The notes under the pieces: generated by a model | Seen by the model: only the letters and a program-made list of their open reading frames with translations | What the model was told of the DNA's origin: nothing | The model's database searches: none | Position numbers and translations under genes: made by a program | Shown here: positions 1 to 12,946 of the stretch, one piece after another | How the letters are laid out: every line of letters begins with the position of its first letter | How positions within the stretch are numbered: the first letter of the stretch is position 1 | DNA from: Chrysomallon squamiferum | Taxonomy: Eukaryota > Animalia > Mollusca | Assembly: GCA_012295275.1 (NCBI GenBank) | Contig: CM022674.1 | Coordinates: 15,252,001-15,316,000 of the forward strand | DNA length: 64,000 bases | Reading direction: 5' to 3'

Positions 1-35
1 CTTATCTATCTATCTATCTATCCGTCCGTCCGTCC

Positions 36-73
<38 letters not shown>

Positions 74-111
74 GTATTCGTCTCTTTCTCATTTATTAAT
101 TTATTTCTCAG

Positions 112-666
112 GTGACTTTTTCGGAGAAGAATGTGTTTTAGATGACAGACCTGCTCACTGTACAGGAACTCCCACGTGCCCCACAGTGATTTTAAAAATG
201 CACAAGTAAGAGAAATAGTTTAGTTTTTGTTCACATTTAAAATATACATTTTTATTTATTTTTTTATTTAATTTATGTGTGCGCGTCTGTGCGTGCGCGA
301 TTTGTATGTGTGTACGTGTGTATTTTGTAGAACACATGTCATTATGTTTATCGCAGATTAACCAAACATCATTGTGAGTAAAAAAAAAATAATAATAATC
401 CGTCAAATTACGACTCAGCCAAACCAGAACATTTAAGTAGATTAAATTTAATGCAATAAAACTATATAAACTTACAACAACTTTCAGTTTCTATCTTCAA
501 TATTTGCAGAATATCAGATAATTTCATAATTTGTAAAAAAATTCAAAATTAATAAAAGATTTTAATTAATATCTATAATTTAATTGCAAATATGCAAATT
601 AGGACAACCATTCGTTTTGAGAGGCTGAAGTGTACATAAGCATTTTAGATGGCGTTATACTTTTAT

Positions 667-697
<31 letters not shown>

Positions 698-1960
698 GCC
701 TGGTTAACGACAGGCTCCTAGGTCTCATCCTAGAGGAATTTTTGAGGGGGTACAGGTCGCCCTCGGGTGACCCGCCTACTTCGCGGGATGCCCTTGTTGC
801 CGTGATCTGCCCTTACCCCACAAAAAAAAAAAAAAAGTTTTATCCACATTTGTTCTAATCTATTTGTATTTTCATTGATTTTAAAAATATTAAGTGTTAT
901 TTATTTTATTTTTTATCTGTCTGTAATTTCGATTTCTGAAAATTTTACATTTTTATTTTTAAAATCTAATTAACTTATTTATTGTAATTATCTTCCACAA
1001 GGTTCATTTTCCTAATCACTTTTTTTTTTTTTCACTCTAGGACAGCGTTAGAAATTGTGCCAAAAGATCATCTCCACAACATCATCTCCAAACATCGACG
1101 AGATTACCCGGATGACGAAGATCTGCGAGAACGAGGCTACCGAAAGACAGTGTGGAACAATTACAAGCATGCGCAGATTAGACAAACTCTACAGGAGAGT
1201 GGAAACTTGAAATATCTATCTCGCAAAAATGTTCCGCGAGTTAGGAAACGACCGCCAACAGCAAGGTACGTTCACTGAATTATATAGCAATGTCAAATAC
1301 CAATGATTGAAAATGGAATAAAGGGCATTTAATGAGTGACATATTTCTGAAAGGGTTATTTATTTATTTATTTTTATTTATTATTATTATTATTATTATT
1401 ATAAAAGTTTTGAAATATCAGAAGTTTGCACATCTGCCCTCTATATTTTATAATTTTATTATTAGTAGTAGTAGTAGTAGTAGTAGTAGTAGCTGCAGCA
1501 CCCACCTTCGTGTAAGTTCGCGATGTGTATTTTTAAACACTGGAAGGGTCACTTTAAACGGTGTCTTCCCATCTGGTAGAATTCTCAGTTCGTATGATTC
1601 CCATTTCCCACTGCTAAATGATGAAAATGTGAAAATGCTTGGAAATGTAAATATTATATTGATAAGTAAAACACAAAAGAACCCCTAGTTGATATTAAAA
1701 TGTAATATGTAGGCTCTTGCTTGCTTCTTTGATACTGGAGTGTGAGTATGTGTGAGAGTGAGTGTGTGTGTGTGTGTGTGTGATATACACTCGGACACAT
1801 ACACACTCATACATATGTGTATGACTGTGAGATGTGTGTTTATGTTTAAGACAAACTAAAATAGTTTTGCACGTTTATATATTATGTCTAGGTGTGAATG
1901 CGGTTGTGCATTGATGTGAATGTGAAAACGGAGCAAATACAAAATTATGAGGGGGGAGAG

Positions 1961-2001
<41 letters not shown>

Positions 2002-2642
2002 ATAATAATAATAATAAAAGCAATGGTGCATAGATAGATCAATAGGTTAATTAATAGGTTAATTACTTTCTGCAGAATACAGTTCAAGGAGAACATTCTG
2101 GACTTCGTCACACGTAGCTCACAACTTCAGTCTGCCAGAACTCGCTCCGCCGCTGCTAACACAACAAACGTCGCTGCTACCACGATTCGACCCTGGACCT
2201 CTCCCACAGTTTCAAACAGAGGAGAACCTGACGGTGCCGAGGCGGTCACTCCTTCTGTTCAAGAAGGTAATAACAATATGCATTAATTAAGCCATAGAAA
2301 TAAATGGAATAATATAGCATAATGCAAAATGAATAAGTAAAATGTAACTTTGTTGTGTTTATACATTTATGTTTATGTATGTGTGAGTGAGCGGGGGGAG
2401 TTGCAGACGATTTGATTATTGGTAGATCGAGATGGACATATAAATAAATTTTCGTAATATTATAAATAAATTCAAATCCCAAACTGTTTAATAAACAAAT
2501 TCATTAAAAAAAAAAAAAATAAATGAAATAAAATAACGTTTCATGAGTAATATGTAAGTATAGTTTATGAATTTATCTGAAACAAACCTCAGAATATGAT
2601 TTTGCTGTGGAGGATTTCAACTGAATCATGATGATGATGATG

Positions 2643-2690
<48 letters not shown>

Positions 2691-2992
2691 TAGTATTAAA
2701 GTAACAAGTATTAATACCAGTAATAACTAATAACAATAAAGACAACAAAAATATAAAACAGTAATATCAATAATACTAACATATAAAAACAACGGTAACA
2801 AAATAACAGCTAATCACAACAAACCTTTGATAAAGTTAAATAAGTAGCTTGCGAAAATATCCTTTCGATTGTTTATAACGTCACAGTACCGGCAATTAGT
2901 GTAAATCAATTATGACGTCATCAAAATGTTCCTAAACATAGCGAGTGAGCCTTGGAGAATGAAAAAAAAGCAAATTGTGACAGATAAGAAAC

Positions 2993-3049
<57 letters not shown>

Positions 3050-3215
3050 TAATTTTTCGTTATTCCTTTTTACTATAGATGAGACTGGCAAACACAAAAC
3101 GGAGGAAGTGATAGAGAGTGTTTGCAAGACATCGTTTGATCTTCCGAAAACATCCGATGAAAATTCCGGAAAGGTGTGTTAAAGAATAGAATAATACATT
3201 ATTATAATAAATAAG

Positions 3216-3249
<34 letters not shown>

Positions 3250-4552
3250 TAGACTGTTTTTTCTCCGTACTTCGCCATATTTGTTTTACGCCGGCGATCT
3301 CTCAGTAATGTTATTTATTTATTTACTTATTACTGTTGTTCTTCTTCTTATTTTCATTATCATTATATTTGTGTATTTAATATTGTGTTTTAGATACCGC
3401 GAGATACCATACAGAGAATGATAAGAGTAAGTAATGATTATGTATTGTATACATACCTCATGATGATATTTATTATCATCTTTCATTTACTGATTTCTTT
3501 ATTAATTTTTTATTTGATATTTTACTATAATGCATAAATTAGTTTCTCTTTCTTTACTTTTCGGTTAATTATTATTAAATTATATTTAATTTATTTATTT
3601 ATTTATCTTCAGGAGAGTGACCCAGAAGAACTGTTACATCAAATGGAAGGTGGAAGTGAACTTGGTAACCAGCTCAGACAGCTGTTACAAGACACACACA
3701 AACCAGAACACCTGAACGGTTTCACAGTTAGTCATATTACCGTTATTTCTTTATTGTCGGAACGGTTTCACAGTTCGTCATATTACCGTTATTTCTTTTT
3801 GTCGGAACTGTTTCAGAATTCGTCATATTACAGTTATTTCTTTATTGTCGGGACGGTTTTACAGTTAGTCATATTATAGTTATTTCGTTATTTTAGAAAA
3901 TGATATACTTTTAATTACTATTTTATTATTATTATTATTATTTTATTCGTGTTCCTCTGAATAGATTAGTCAAGTTACAGTTACTTCATTATTTACGATT
4001 TTTAATATTATCTGTGCATTTGTCTATAATTGTATGTACACTACATACGTACGTACAGCGACCTGAATATTTATTCATTTGCCTGGGGTTAGTGACACTT
4101 TACGTTGTGTTATTCCATTACGTTGTATTACATCACGTTATATAAACGATGTTTTACCATATAATCCAGAAAACCAGCGTTTTGGTCACAATGAAGACGG
4201 AGGATATTGTACGGAAGGCCAAAGCCCAGGCAGAGCAGTCGACAGACAGGTCAAAAACGGACAAATCAACTGACACTAGAGAGTAGGTTACATGTAATTA
4301 TGTAATAGGAAAAAGTCATTAGGAGAAAAGTAAATGAAACAGTTGACTGACATGACAATGTAAAATGCTAAGGTCAGTTTTAAGATTTTTGCAGAAATTT
4401 ATGTCGCGTGTATGTTGAATGATGATAAGATTTTACTAAACATTTACTAAACATGGTAGTTACAGGACGGTTTCAAAACAACAATAATAAAACAAAACGT
4501 TGCACAACACATACTGTTTTTATCATCACAATTATTATTCTTATTCTTCTTC

Positions 4553-4592
<40 letters not shown>

Positions 4593-4886
4593 TATAGTTG
4601 GTGCACCGTGCTGCAGGAGGAAAACGAAAAAGCTAAAACGATGATCGCTGCAGACAAATACAGAGCAGCCATGTTGCGTCGCAGACTGAACGCGCTCGAC
4701 CACAAACGACGTAGGATGAAACATGAACGTTCGTGGCGCGCGCTCATACCACATGATGACGTCACACCTCAGAAACCAAAGAAATATGTTCTTGATGAAT
4801 TGCAGGAAAAATATCAAGGCTGTTCTTATAACGAAGCTTCCAGAAAGGTAATTTGATTTTTTTTTTTTTTATCACCACCGTCGTCG

Positions 4887-4922
<36 letters not shown>

Positions 4923-5313
4923 GTGTCGATGTTGTTTGTTTTTTTTAAATTTTCAACCTTCATCTCATTTTCTTTCCAATTGGTATCTCGGAATTAATTT
5001 GCACTACTATCTACCTATGAAAAGGTCGGTTTAAAATCATTATTTCTGCTAATCGGGAAAGTAATTCAAGAAATTGTTTTTTTCTCTCGCATACAAATTC
5101 CATTATTCTGGTTATTACAAAGGTCTGTTTGAAATGTTTTGTTGTGTTTTAGTTGGGTACTATTACGTTTAGTACGGTATTTCTGTGCAAGGCTCTTACT
5201 GCACGACATCGACGTACAAAATCAGACGAGTCTGTGCATCTGGATATTGGAAAAGAAACCGACATACAAGTAAGTGTTGTTTCTTTTTTATTTATTTATT
5301 TATTTAATATTAT

Positions 5314-5357
<44 letters not shown>

Positions 5358-5397
5358 GTTTTTTATTTATTTTTTATTGTTGTTATATATTTATATT

Positions 5398-5462
<65 letters not shown>

Positions 5463-5946
5463 TATTTTGTGTTGTTATTTTCGTTTACTTTTTTGTTGTT
5501 GTTGTTCTCAACTTTTTGTTGAGTTGTTTGTCTTACTTTATACTTTCGTATTTTATTTATTTTCAGGATAACTTTCCTGACACAAGTAAACTAAATCGAC
5601 CAAGCAGTGCTGAGCCCGAAAGCCGAAACAAAGGTTTGTCTGTCTGTCTGTCGTTTTATCTCTCCGATATACTGAACATCTATCACAGAAGTACAAAACG
5701 TTTCAAATGACTGAGTCACCGTGTCTCTGTGTTTGGGTGTAGATGTGGGTGTATTTTCAGGATAACTTTGCTGATACAAGTAAACTAAATCGACACAGTA
5801 GTGCTGAACCCGAAAACCGAAACAAAAGTCTGTCTGCCAGTCTGCCTGTCTGTCTGTCTGTTTGTCTGTCGTTTTATTTCTCTGATATATTAAATGTCTA
5901 TCCCACAGGTACACAATGTTTCCAATGACTGAGTCTCCGTGTTTCG

Positions 5947-6023
<77 letters not shown>

Positions 6024-6305
6024 GGAAATGTTGGGTGCGGGTGCATGTCCGTGAGTGCACGCATGTCTGATTTAAATATTTAAATACACGTAGTTAATAG
6101 ATGATTAATGAACAGACTATATTGTTGTTTTTAGATAATACTTTTGTTGTAATTGAATTGTTATGCTTATTTATTTATTTATTTATTTATTTTAGATCCG
6201 TGGATTTCAGATAGAGTGAAAGAAAAGCAGAAACAGCCTTCTCTGTTACGGGAACGTTTGAAACCTCCAACTGTTAACAATTATATACTGGCAACCAAAT
6301 CATAG
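112..6305 (+). CDS. Cyclic-nucleotide-binding domain protein (CNBD2/CNBD1-like), 3' part; 5' exons lie upstream of the window
   Basis: Phase-compatible GT-AG exons: 112-205, 1041-1265, 2076-2266, 3079-3173, 3394-3426, 3613-3726, 4170-4282, 4598-4847, 5153-5269, 5567-5633, 6196-6305 (TAG). Exon 1 reads GDFFGEECVLDDRPAHCTG..VILKMHK (cNMP-binding GDFFGE motif). The next exon has YPDDEDLR..W..YK, recalled as typical of CNBD-family C-termini. The rest is low-complexity/disordered. Confidence 0.7.
592..624 (+). promoter_or_regulatory. Putative snRNA promoter elements (octamer plus PSE-position sequence)
   Basis: ATGCAAAT at 592-599 followed by CAACCATT at about -60 from U12. The same arrangement occurs at 9757 and 15235 before the other U12 copies. 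PSE identity is inferred from position only. Confidence 0.45.
665..812 (+). ncRNA. RNU12: U12 minor spliceosomal snRNA, copy 1 (intronic, sense to host gene)
   Basis: ATGCCTTAAACTAATGAGTAAGGAAAATAACGA matches the recalled metazoan U12 5' end, with branch-point pairing AGTAAGGA at 681-688. Sm site AATTTTTG at 737-744. 3' half GGTCGCCCTC..GGTGACCCGCCTACTTCGCGGGATG..GATCTGCCC. Visible stems GAGCCTG/CAGGCTC and CTAGG/CCTAG. 148 nt. Confidence 0.95.
3714..3890. repeat. ~46-nt minisatellite, 4 copies, seeded on an exon 3' end/splice donor
   Basis: GAACGGTTTCACAGTTAGTCATATTACCGTTATTTCTTTATTGTCG-like units start at 3714, 3760, 3805 and 3851. Confidence 0.8.
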
Positions 6306-7416
6306 TAGTATGGACGTCTAGAGAAAAGATTCAGGAATTATTTCCATACAAGTTTTAACAGCCTATGTTCCAGTATTTCGGAACTGTTCGAATACAGCGT
6401 GCTAGCATTCAAGATGATCTGAAGGTCAACACAAAGAAAAACAGAAATGAAAATATGATAGCTATAAATGGAGAGGGTTATAGACACCCTCCTGTGTCTT
6501 CCATTGAAAAAGAAATGTTAATTAAGTACTCCAAATCGCCTGTATTGTTTTCCACTATATAATTTTTCACATAATTTGACTGACTTTTGAAGGTTTGATT
6601 TATTTTCTATTGCATGCCCTATCTGAATAAAAACTGTATGAGAGGAATATCTGAAGTTTTATCATTCTGTTTTTTGCTCGAATGTTATCTCGAACTGTGA
6701 AAAAGAAAAGCATTTAATCTCAATGAGAAATGACTTGGGGAGCCGCCATTTCGTCATGGATTTAGATCGTGTATCGGGAACATCGTTTATCCACTACAGT
6801 TTACGTGCACGCAGATAACGCTACGAACGTCGTTCACATAAACAACGTCGATCAAACAAAAGTCCGATAACTTAGCTTGATTTATGTATCCAACATGAAA
6901 GATTTTGCCACACGAAAGTGGAAGAAATCCTTGATGAAATAATTAGGTGAAGTATCTTGACTGTTTCCAACGAAAATACTCTTTTACAGAGATATCATTA
7001 GAACTGAAGCTTAAAGCAACTACACGATCACTCGCTGGACATGAAAAACATGTCACTCATCGTGTTTTCTGCCAGCCCACCTGTTACGTCATTGATAAAT
7101 CAACAAGGTTATTTAGGCAAATCACTTCTGGGCATAATCGTTCTTTTCAACTTACGATTTAATGATATCGGGGCATAAATGTTAGTCATTGATAAATCAA
7201 CAAGGTTATTTAGGCAAATCACTTCTGGGCATAATGTTAGTTCCAAGCTGTGTGTTGAAGACGCTGAGCACAAAATCTGTGAAGATACTCAGCGGTTTAT
7301 TTTTTATGCCCGAAAAAGCGAAACATCTAAGGTCATATGACTTCAGTTTCTCAACTGTTGTGATCTAAAAATAACCTTCTTATTTGTGATTGTTTTTATT
7401 CAGTAGTATTTACCTT

Positions 7417-7459
<43 letters not shown>

Positions 7460-9248
7460 TGATTATTATTATTATTATTATTTTTATGAAGTTCTGGCAG
7501 TATCTTAGAAATAATACTGGAACTGATGATGGAATAAGTGTGTTTAATTTGTGGGGAAAATAAGGCTTGTTGTGTGTTAAACTTGGTTTAAACCATATTA
7601 CATACATAATAAATAAAGTACATGTCACTCAGTACAAATTTCTTTATTCTGTCTCCTCTTTGGTTTGAAATTTGATTCATAAAATCCACTTACATTCATA
7701 TCACTATACACTGCTTGTAATATTTGTAGAATTATTACGATGTAATTCGTTATCCATTGTCCATATGTTCTTAATACTCTCACTGTAAAGTGCTTTGAGC
7801 CTCGCTCTCACGAGAAAAGGGCACTCCACAAGTCATCCTTATTATTATATAACCGTTACCCTTGAAGTGTACCCCGATGGTGAAGAAAACTGCTTTTTAT
7901 AGACAATCTCGCTTTAGAATGGGTCCTTTGAGGGTTGTTATTTTTATTTTTATTTTTTTTTTAAAAGAAAGCAAAATTATATCAGCCAGTGAATGAATAT
8001 TATGACGATACCTTAATATTTTTTTAATAGTGGATAAATGATATTCATATTCAGATATTTCTTTAGGTTGTTTTTCGATTGTGAAACAATGTGAACCAGG
8101 TCGATACCATAATGTTGTTTAATACTAACAAATATTATTAACTGATATAGAAACTGTTGTTTGTAATTAGAATAAGGTATTTAAATCTTGAAAGAATCGT
8201 CGAGGAGAAAACTGTTTACTTTCTCTTGTATTTTAAAAAATTAATGAAATAAACATAATCGTATCAACTTGAAATGTGTTGAGTTTTATTTTTTGCTTTC
8301 TATTCTTTCTTTTTTTTTAAAGTTTTGTTATTTCTTCCTTTCTTCCTTTTTTAATTTTTCTAATTGTTTATTATATATATGTATATATATATATTTTTTA
8401 CTTTTATTGCTTCTTTCTTTCTTTCTTTAATTTTTTTAGTTTATTGTTGACCAAGATGATTCGTAGAGATGATTATTTTAGTGAACAGAAGATTAAAAAC
8501 AGTCTACATTTATAATAACAAAATGATCATGATGTTGATGATAATTATGATTAACTAAGATGATAATGTTAACAGGATGATACTTATATAAATGGTGATC
8601 ATTATAACCATAATTTGATGGTAATGATAATAATAATAACATGTAACTTTATTTTTGAACTGTACCTATATATTTATATTTCGGACTATAAATCTATAAA
8701 TAATTTATTCATGTCTCGTATTGGTCTAATTATAAATCTAGGACTTAATTTATTTCTGTCGCGATTGTTCTAATTCTAAATTCAAATACTACAACAGTTT
8801 TATTAACGAATATATAGAACGTCAAAGACGGCTGTCATTGTAGACCTTTTATTATTTAGCATCTAGGGGTATTTTAGCGACGCGGTTGACCTAGTGAACG
8901 TGCTGACGTTGACTGATCCTATAAATAAATAAAAAAATAAATAAATAAATAAATAAATAATGATAAGTAGTATTAGAAATAGAAAAAAGCAATAGAACAA
9001 TCATAATAATCACAGCAGCAGAAAGAACAAGAATACTGTTTTCTTATATGCATGTCTTTAAATAAATGGCCACGTAACAACTTGAATGTGCTTTAATACT
9101 AAAATAATACTAATAACATTTCCCTGGATCCGTCTGTAGCTGCTTACTTACACGCACGTACCAAGCAAAACACACAATCATTTAAATGCATACACACTAA
9201 GACACACACATACACACACTCTCTCTCTCACACACTCACACACAAACA

Positions 9249-9360
<112 letters not shown>

Positions 9361-9829
9361 CACACAATTAACTTGAAATAGTGATAATCAAAATGAATTA
9401 GTCTCAATAAATTCCAAACTAGAGACAACATCTGAAGTAACGACAATAATTTCAAAGCAAAATCAAAAAGAAAAGCGAATTTATTCACAAATACATAATA
9501 AATTCCAAAATACCATAATAAACACCCCCAAATAAATAAATAAATAAGCAATATGTATGCAAATGAATTAATTATTACTTACAACTAATTTATAACTGCT
9601 TAAAACAAAATCAAAAGTAAATATGCGGATATATTTACAGTTAAACAGAGCAAACTCAGAATAATCGACAATAAATTAAAAAATATGCAAATAAATTATA
9701 ATAACATTCTACATTGATGAAAGATTTTAATTTATAACTGTAATTCAATTGTAAATATGCAAATCAGGTCAACCATTTATTCTGGGATGCGCAAGTGTAC
9801 ATAAGAGTTTTAGACGGCGTTACACTTTT

Positions 9830-9831
9830 AT

Positions 9832-9862
<31 letters not shown>

Positions 9863-9977
9863 GCTTGGTTAACGACAGGCTCCTAGGTCTCATCCTAGAG
9901 GAATTTTTGAGGGGGTACAGGTCGCCCTCGGGTGACCCGCCTACTTCGCGGGATGCCCTTGTTGCCGTGATCTGCCC
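9830..9977 (+). ncRNA. RNU12: U12 snRNA, copy 2
   Basis: 148 nt. I see one difference from copy 1 (GAGCTTGG vs GAGCCTGG), which turns a stem C-G pair into a U-G wobble. Confidence 0.93.
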
Positions 9978-10227
9978 TTACCCCAAAAAAAAAAAAAAAA
10001 AATAATAATAATAAAAAATATAAAATCAGTTGTAAACAGATTTGTTCTAATCTATTTGTATTTTTATTGATTTTAAAACTATTAAGTGTTATTATTTTAT
10101 TTTATTTATCTGTCTGTAATTTCTGTTTCTCCAAATTTGACATTTTTATATTTAAAATCCAATTAACTTATTTATTGTAATTATCTTCCACAAGCTTCAT
10201 TTTCCTAATCACTTTTTTCACTCTAGG

Positions 10228-10882
10228 ACAGCGTTAGAAATTGTGCCAAAAGATCATCTCCACAACATCATCTCCAAACATCGATGCGATTACCCGGATC
10301 ACGAAGATCTGCGATAATGAAGCTACAGATGGAGTCACACCTCAGAAACCAAGGAAATATGTTCTTGATGAATTGCAGGAAAAATATCAAGGCTGTTCTC
10401 ATAACGAAGCTTCCAGAAAGGTGATTTGAATTTTTTTTTTTTTTTTTTTTTTTTTATCACCACCGTCGTCATTATTATTATTATTATTATTATTAGTGTC
10501 GGTGTTGTTATTTTTTTTTAATTTTCAACCTTCATCTCATTTTCGTTCCAACTAGTATCTCGGAATTAATTTACTCTACTATCTCCCTATGAAAAGGTCT
10601 GTTTAAAATCATTATTTCTGCTAATCGGGAAAGTAATCCAAGAACTGTTTTTATTCTCTCACATACAAATACCATTATTCTGGTTATTACAAAGGTCTGT
10701 TTGAAATGTTTTGTTGTGTTTTAGTTGGGTGCTATTACGTTTAGTACGGTATTTCTGTGCAAGGCTCTTACTGCACGACATCGACGTACAAAATCAGACG
10801 AGTCTGTGCATCTGGATACTGGAAAAGAAACCGACATACAAGTAAGTATTGTTTCTTTTTTATTTATTTATTTATTTATTAT

Positions 10883-10924
<42 letters not shown>

Positions 10925-10965
10925 TTTTTTTTTTTTTGCTGGTGATGTTTTATTTATTATATATC

Positions 10966-11040
<75 letters not shown>

Positions 11041-11832
11041 TATTTTGTGTTGTTATTTTCGTTTACTTTTTTGTTTTTGTTGTTCTCAACTTTTTGTTGA
11101 TTTGTTTATTTTACTTTATACTTTCGTATTTTATTTATTTTCAGGATAACTTTCCTGACACAAGTAAACTAAATCGACCAAGCAGTGCTGAGCCCGAAAG
11201 CCGAAACAAAGGTTTGTTTGTCTGTCTGTCTGTCGTTTTTTTCTCTCCGATACACTGAACATCTATCAGAGAAGTACAAAATGTTTCAAATGACTGACTC
11301 ACCGTGTCTATGTGTTTGGGTGTAGCTGTGGGTGTATTTTCAGGATAACTTTCCTGACACAAGTGAACTAAATCGACACAGCAGTGCTGAACCCGAAAAC
11401 CGAAATAAAAGTCTGACTGTCTGTCTGTCTGTCTGTCTGTCGTTTTATTTCTCTGACATATTAAATGTCTATCCCACAAGTACACAAAGTTTCCAATGAC
11501 TGAGTTGCTGTGTTTCGATGTTTGTGTGTGTGTGTGTGTGTTGTGTGTGTGTTCGTGTGTTTTGGAACGGTTGGGTGCGTGTGCGTGCGTGCATGCATGT
11601 CTGATATAATATTTAACTACACGTAGTTAATCGATGATTCATGGATAATATATTGTTGTTTTTAGATAATTATTTTGTTATAACTGAATTGCTATGCTTA
11701 TTTATTCATTTATTTATTTTAGATCCGTGGGTTTCAGATGGAGTGAAAGAAAAGCAGAAACAGCCTTCTCTGTTACGGGAACGTTTGAAACCTCCAACTG
11801 TTAACAATTATATACTGGCAACCAAATCATAG
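10228..11832 (+). pseudogene. Truncated, internally deleted duplicate of CNBD-gene 3' exons (unit B)
   Basis: A chimeric exon joins sequence from exon 1041 (..GAAGATCTGCGA..GCTAC) to exon 4598 (..GTCACACCTCAGAAACC), removing ~3.6 kb. Copies of the last exons follow. No 5' exons. Confidence 0.8.
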
Positions 11833-12283
11833 TAGTATGGACGTTAAGAGAAAAGATTCAGGAATTATTTCCATAGAACTTTTAACAGCCTATGTTCCAG
11901 TATTTCGGAACTGTTCGAATACAACGTGCTATCATTCAAGATGATCTGAAGGTCAACACAAAGAAAAACAGAAATGAAAATATGATACCTATAAATGGAG
12001 AACGCTTATAGACACCCTCCTGTGTCTTCCATTGAAAAAGAAATGTTAATTAAGTACTCCAAATTGCCTGTATTGTTTTCCGCTATATAATTTTTGAGAT
12101 AATTTGACTGACTTTTGATGGTATGATTTATTCTCTGTTACATGCCCTATCTGAATAAAAAATGTATGAGTGGAATATCTGAAGTTTTATCATTCCGTTT
12201 TTTGCTCGAATGTTATCTCGAACTGTGAAAAAGAAAAGTATTTAATCTCAATGAGAAATGACTGGGGTAGCCGCCAGTTCGTC

Positions 12284-12946
12284 ATGGGTTTAGATCGTGT
12301 ATCGGGAACATCGTTTATCCACTACAGTTTACGTGCGTGGAGATAACGCTACGAACGTCGTTCACATAAACAACGTCGATCAAACAAAAGTCCAATAACT
12401 TAGCTTCATTTATGTATCCAACATGAAAGATTTTGCCACAGGAAAGTGGAAGAAATCCTTGATGCAATAATTATGTGAAGTATCTTGACTATTTCCAACG
12501 AAAAGACTCTTTTACAGAGATATCAGTAGAACTGAATCTTAAAGCAACTACACGATCACTCGCTGGACATGAAACACATGTCACTCATCGTGTTTTCTTC
12601 CAAACCACCTTTTATGTCATTGCCATTGAAGCCGATTCTCTGCAAACAGAACCAGCTGAATTCTGACTGAAGTTCTCGTTTGTGAGCAAAATTATCGTTC
12701 TTTTCACAATGTTTAGATTTAACCGCATACAATTACGATTTAATGATATCGGAGCCAGTTACCTATAAACTGTCTAGCTGTGCCTGCACCTTGGTTTATA
12801 AATCAACAAGGTTATTTAGGCAGAGCACTTCTGTTGGTGATGTTAGTTCCAAGCTGTTTGTTGACGACACTGAGCACAAAATCTGTGAAGATATTGAGCA
12901 GTTTATTTTTGATGGCCGAAAAAGCGAAAAATCTAAGGTCATGTGA
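12284..12946 (+). pseudogene. Dead single-exon ORF (~220 codons) of unknown origin; copies at ~6756-7340 and 17718-18380
   Basis: ATG 12284 to TGA 12946 is an exact multiple of 3, with protein-like composition (..CIQHERFCHRKVEEILDAII..SEPVTYKLSSCACTLVYKSTRLFRQ..ICEDIEQFIFDGRKSEKSKVM*) but several in-frame stops. It is richer in CpG/GC than its flanks. Confidence 0.4.

Noticed and set aside
675-720. CTAATGAG..GAAA resembling a hammerhead ribozyme core
   Set aside because: Fully explained as the U12 snRNA 5' end; hammerhead stems are absent.
3714-3890. Short direct repeats here, and at 35082-35640, as CRISPR-like arrays
   Set aside because: Head-to-tail units with no unique spacers, no cas genes, eukaryotic context.
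4453-6064. Many ORFs with poly-I/Y/ER/HT runs, here and throughout the window
   Set aside because: Translations of (ATT)n, (AG)n, (CA)n and (TAC)n microsatellites.
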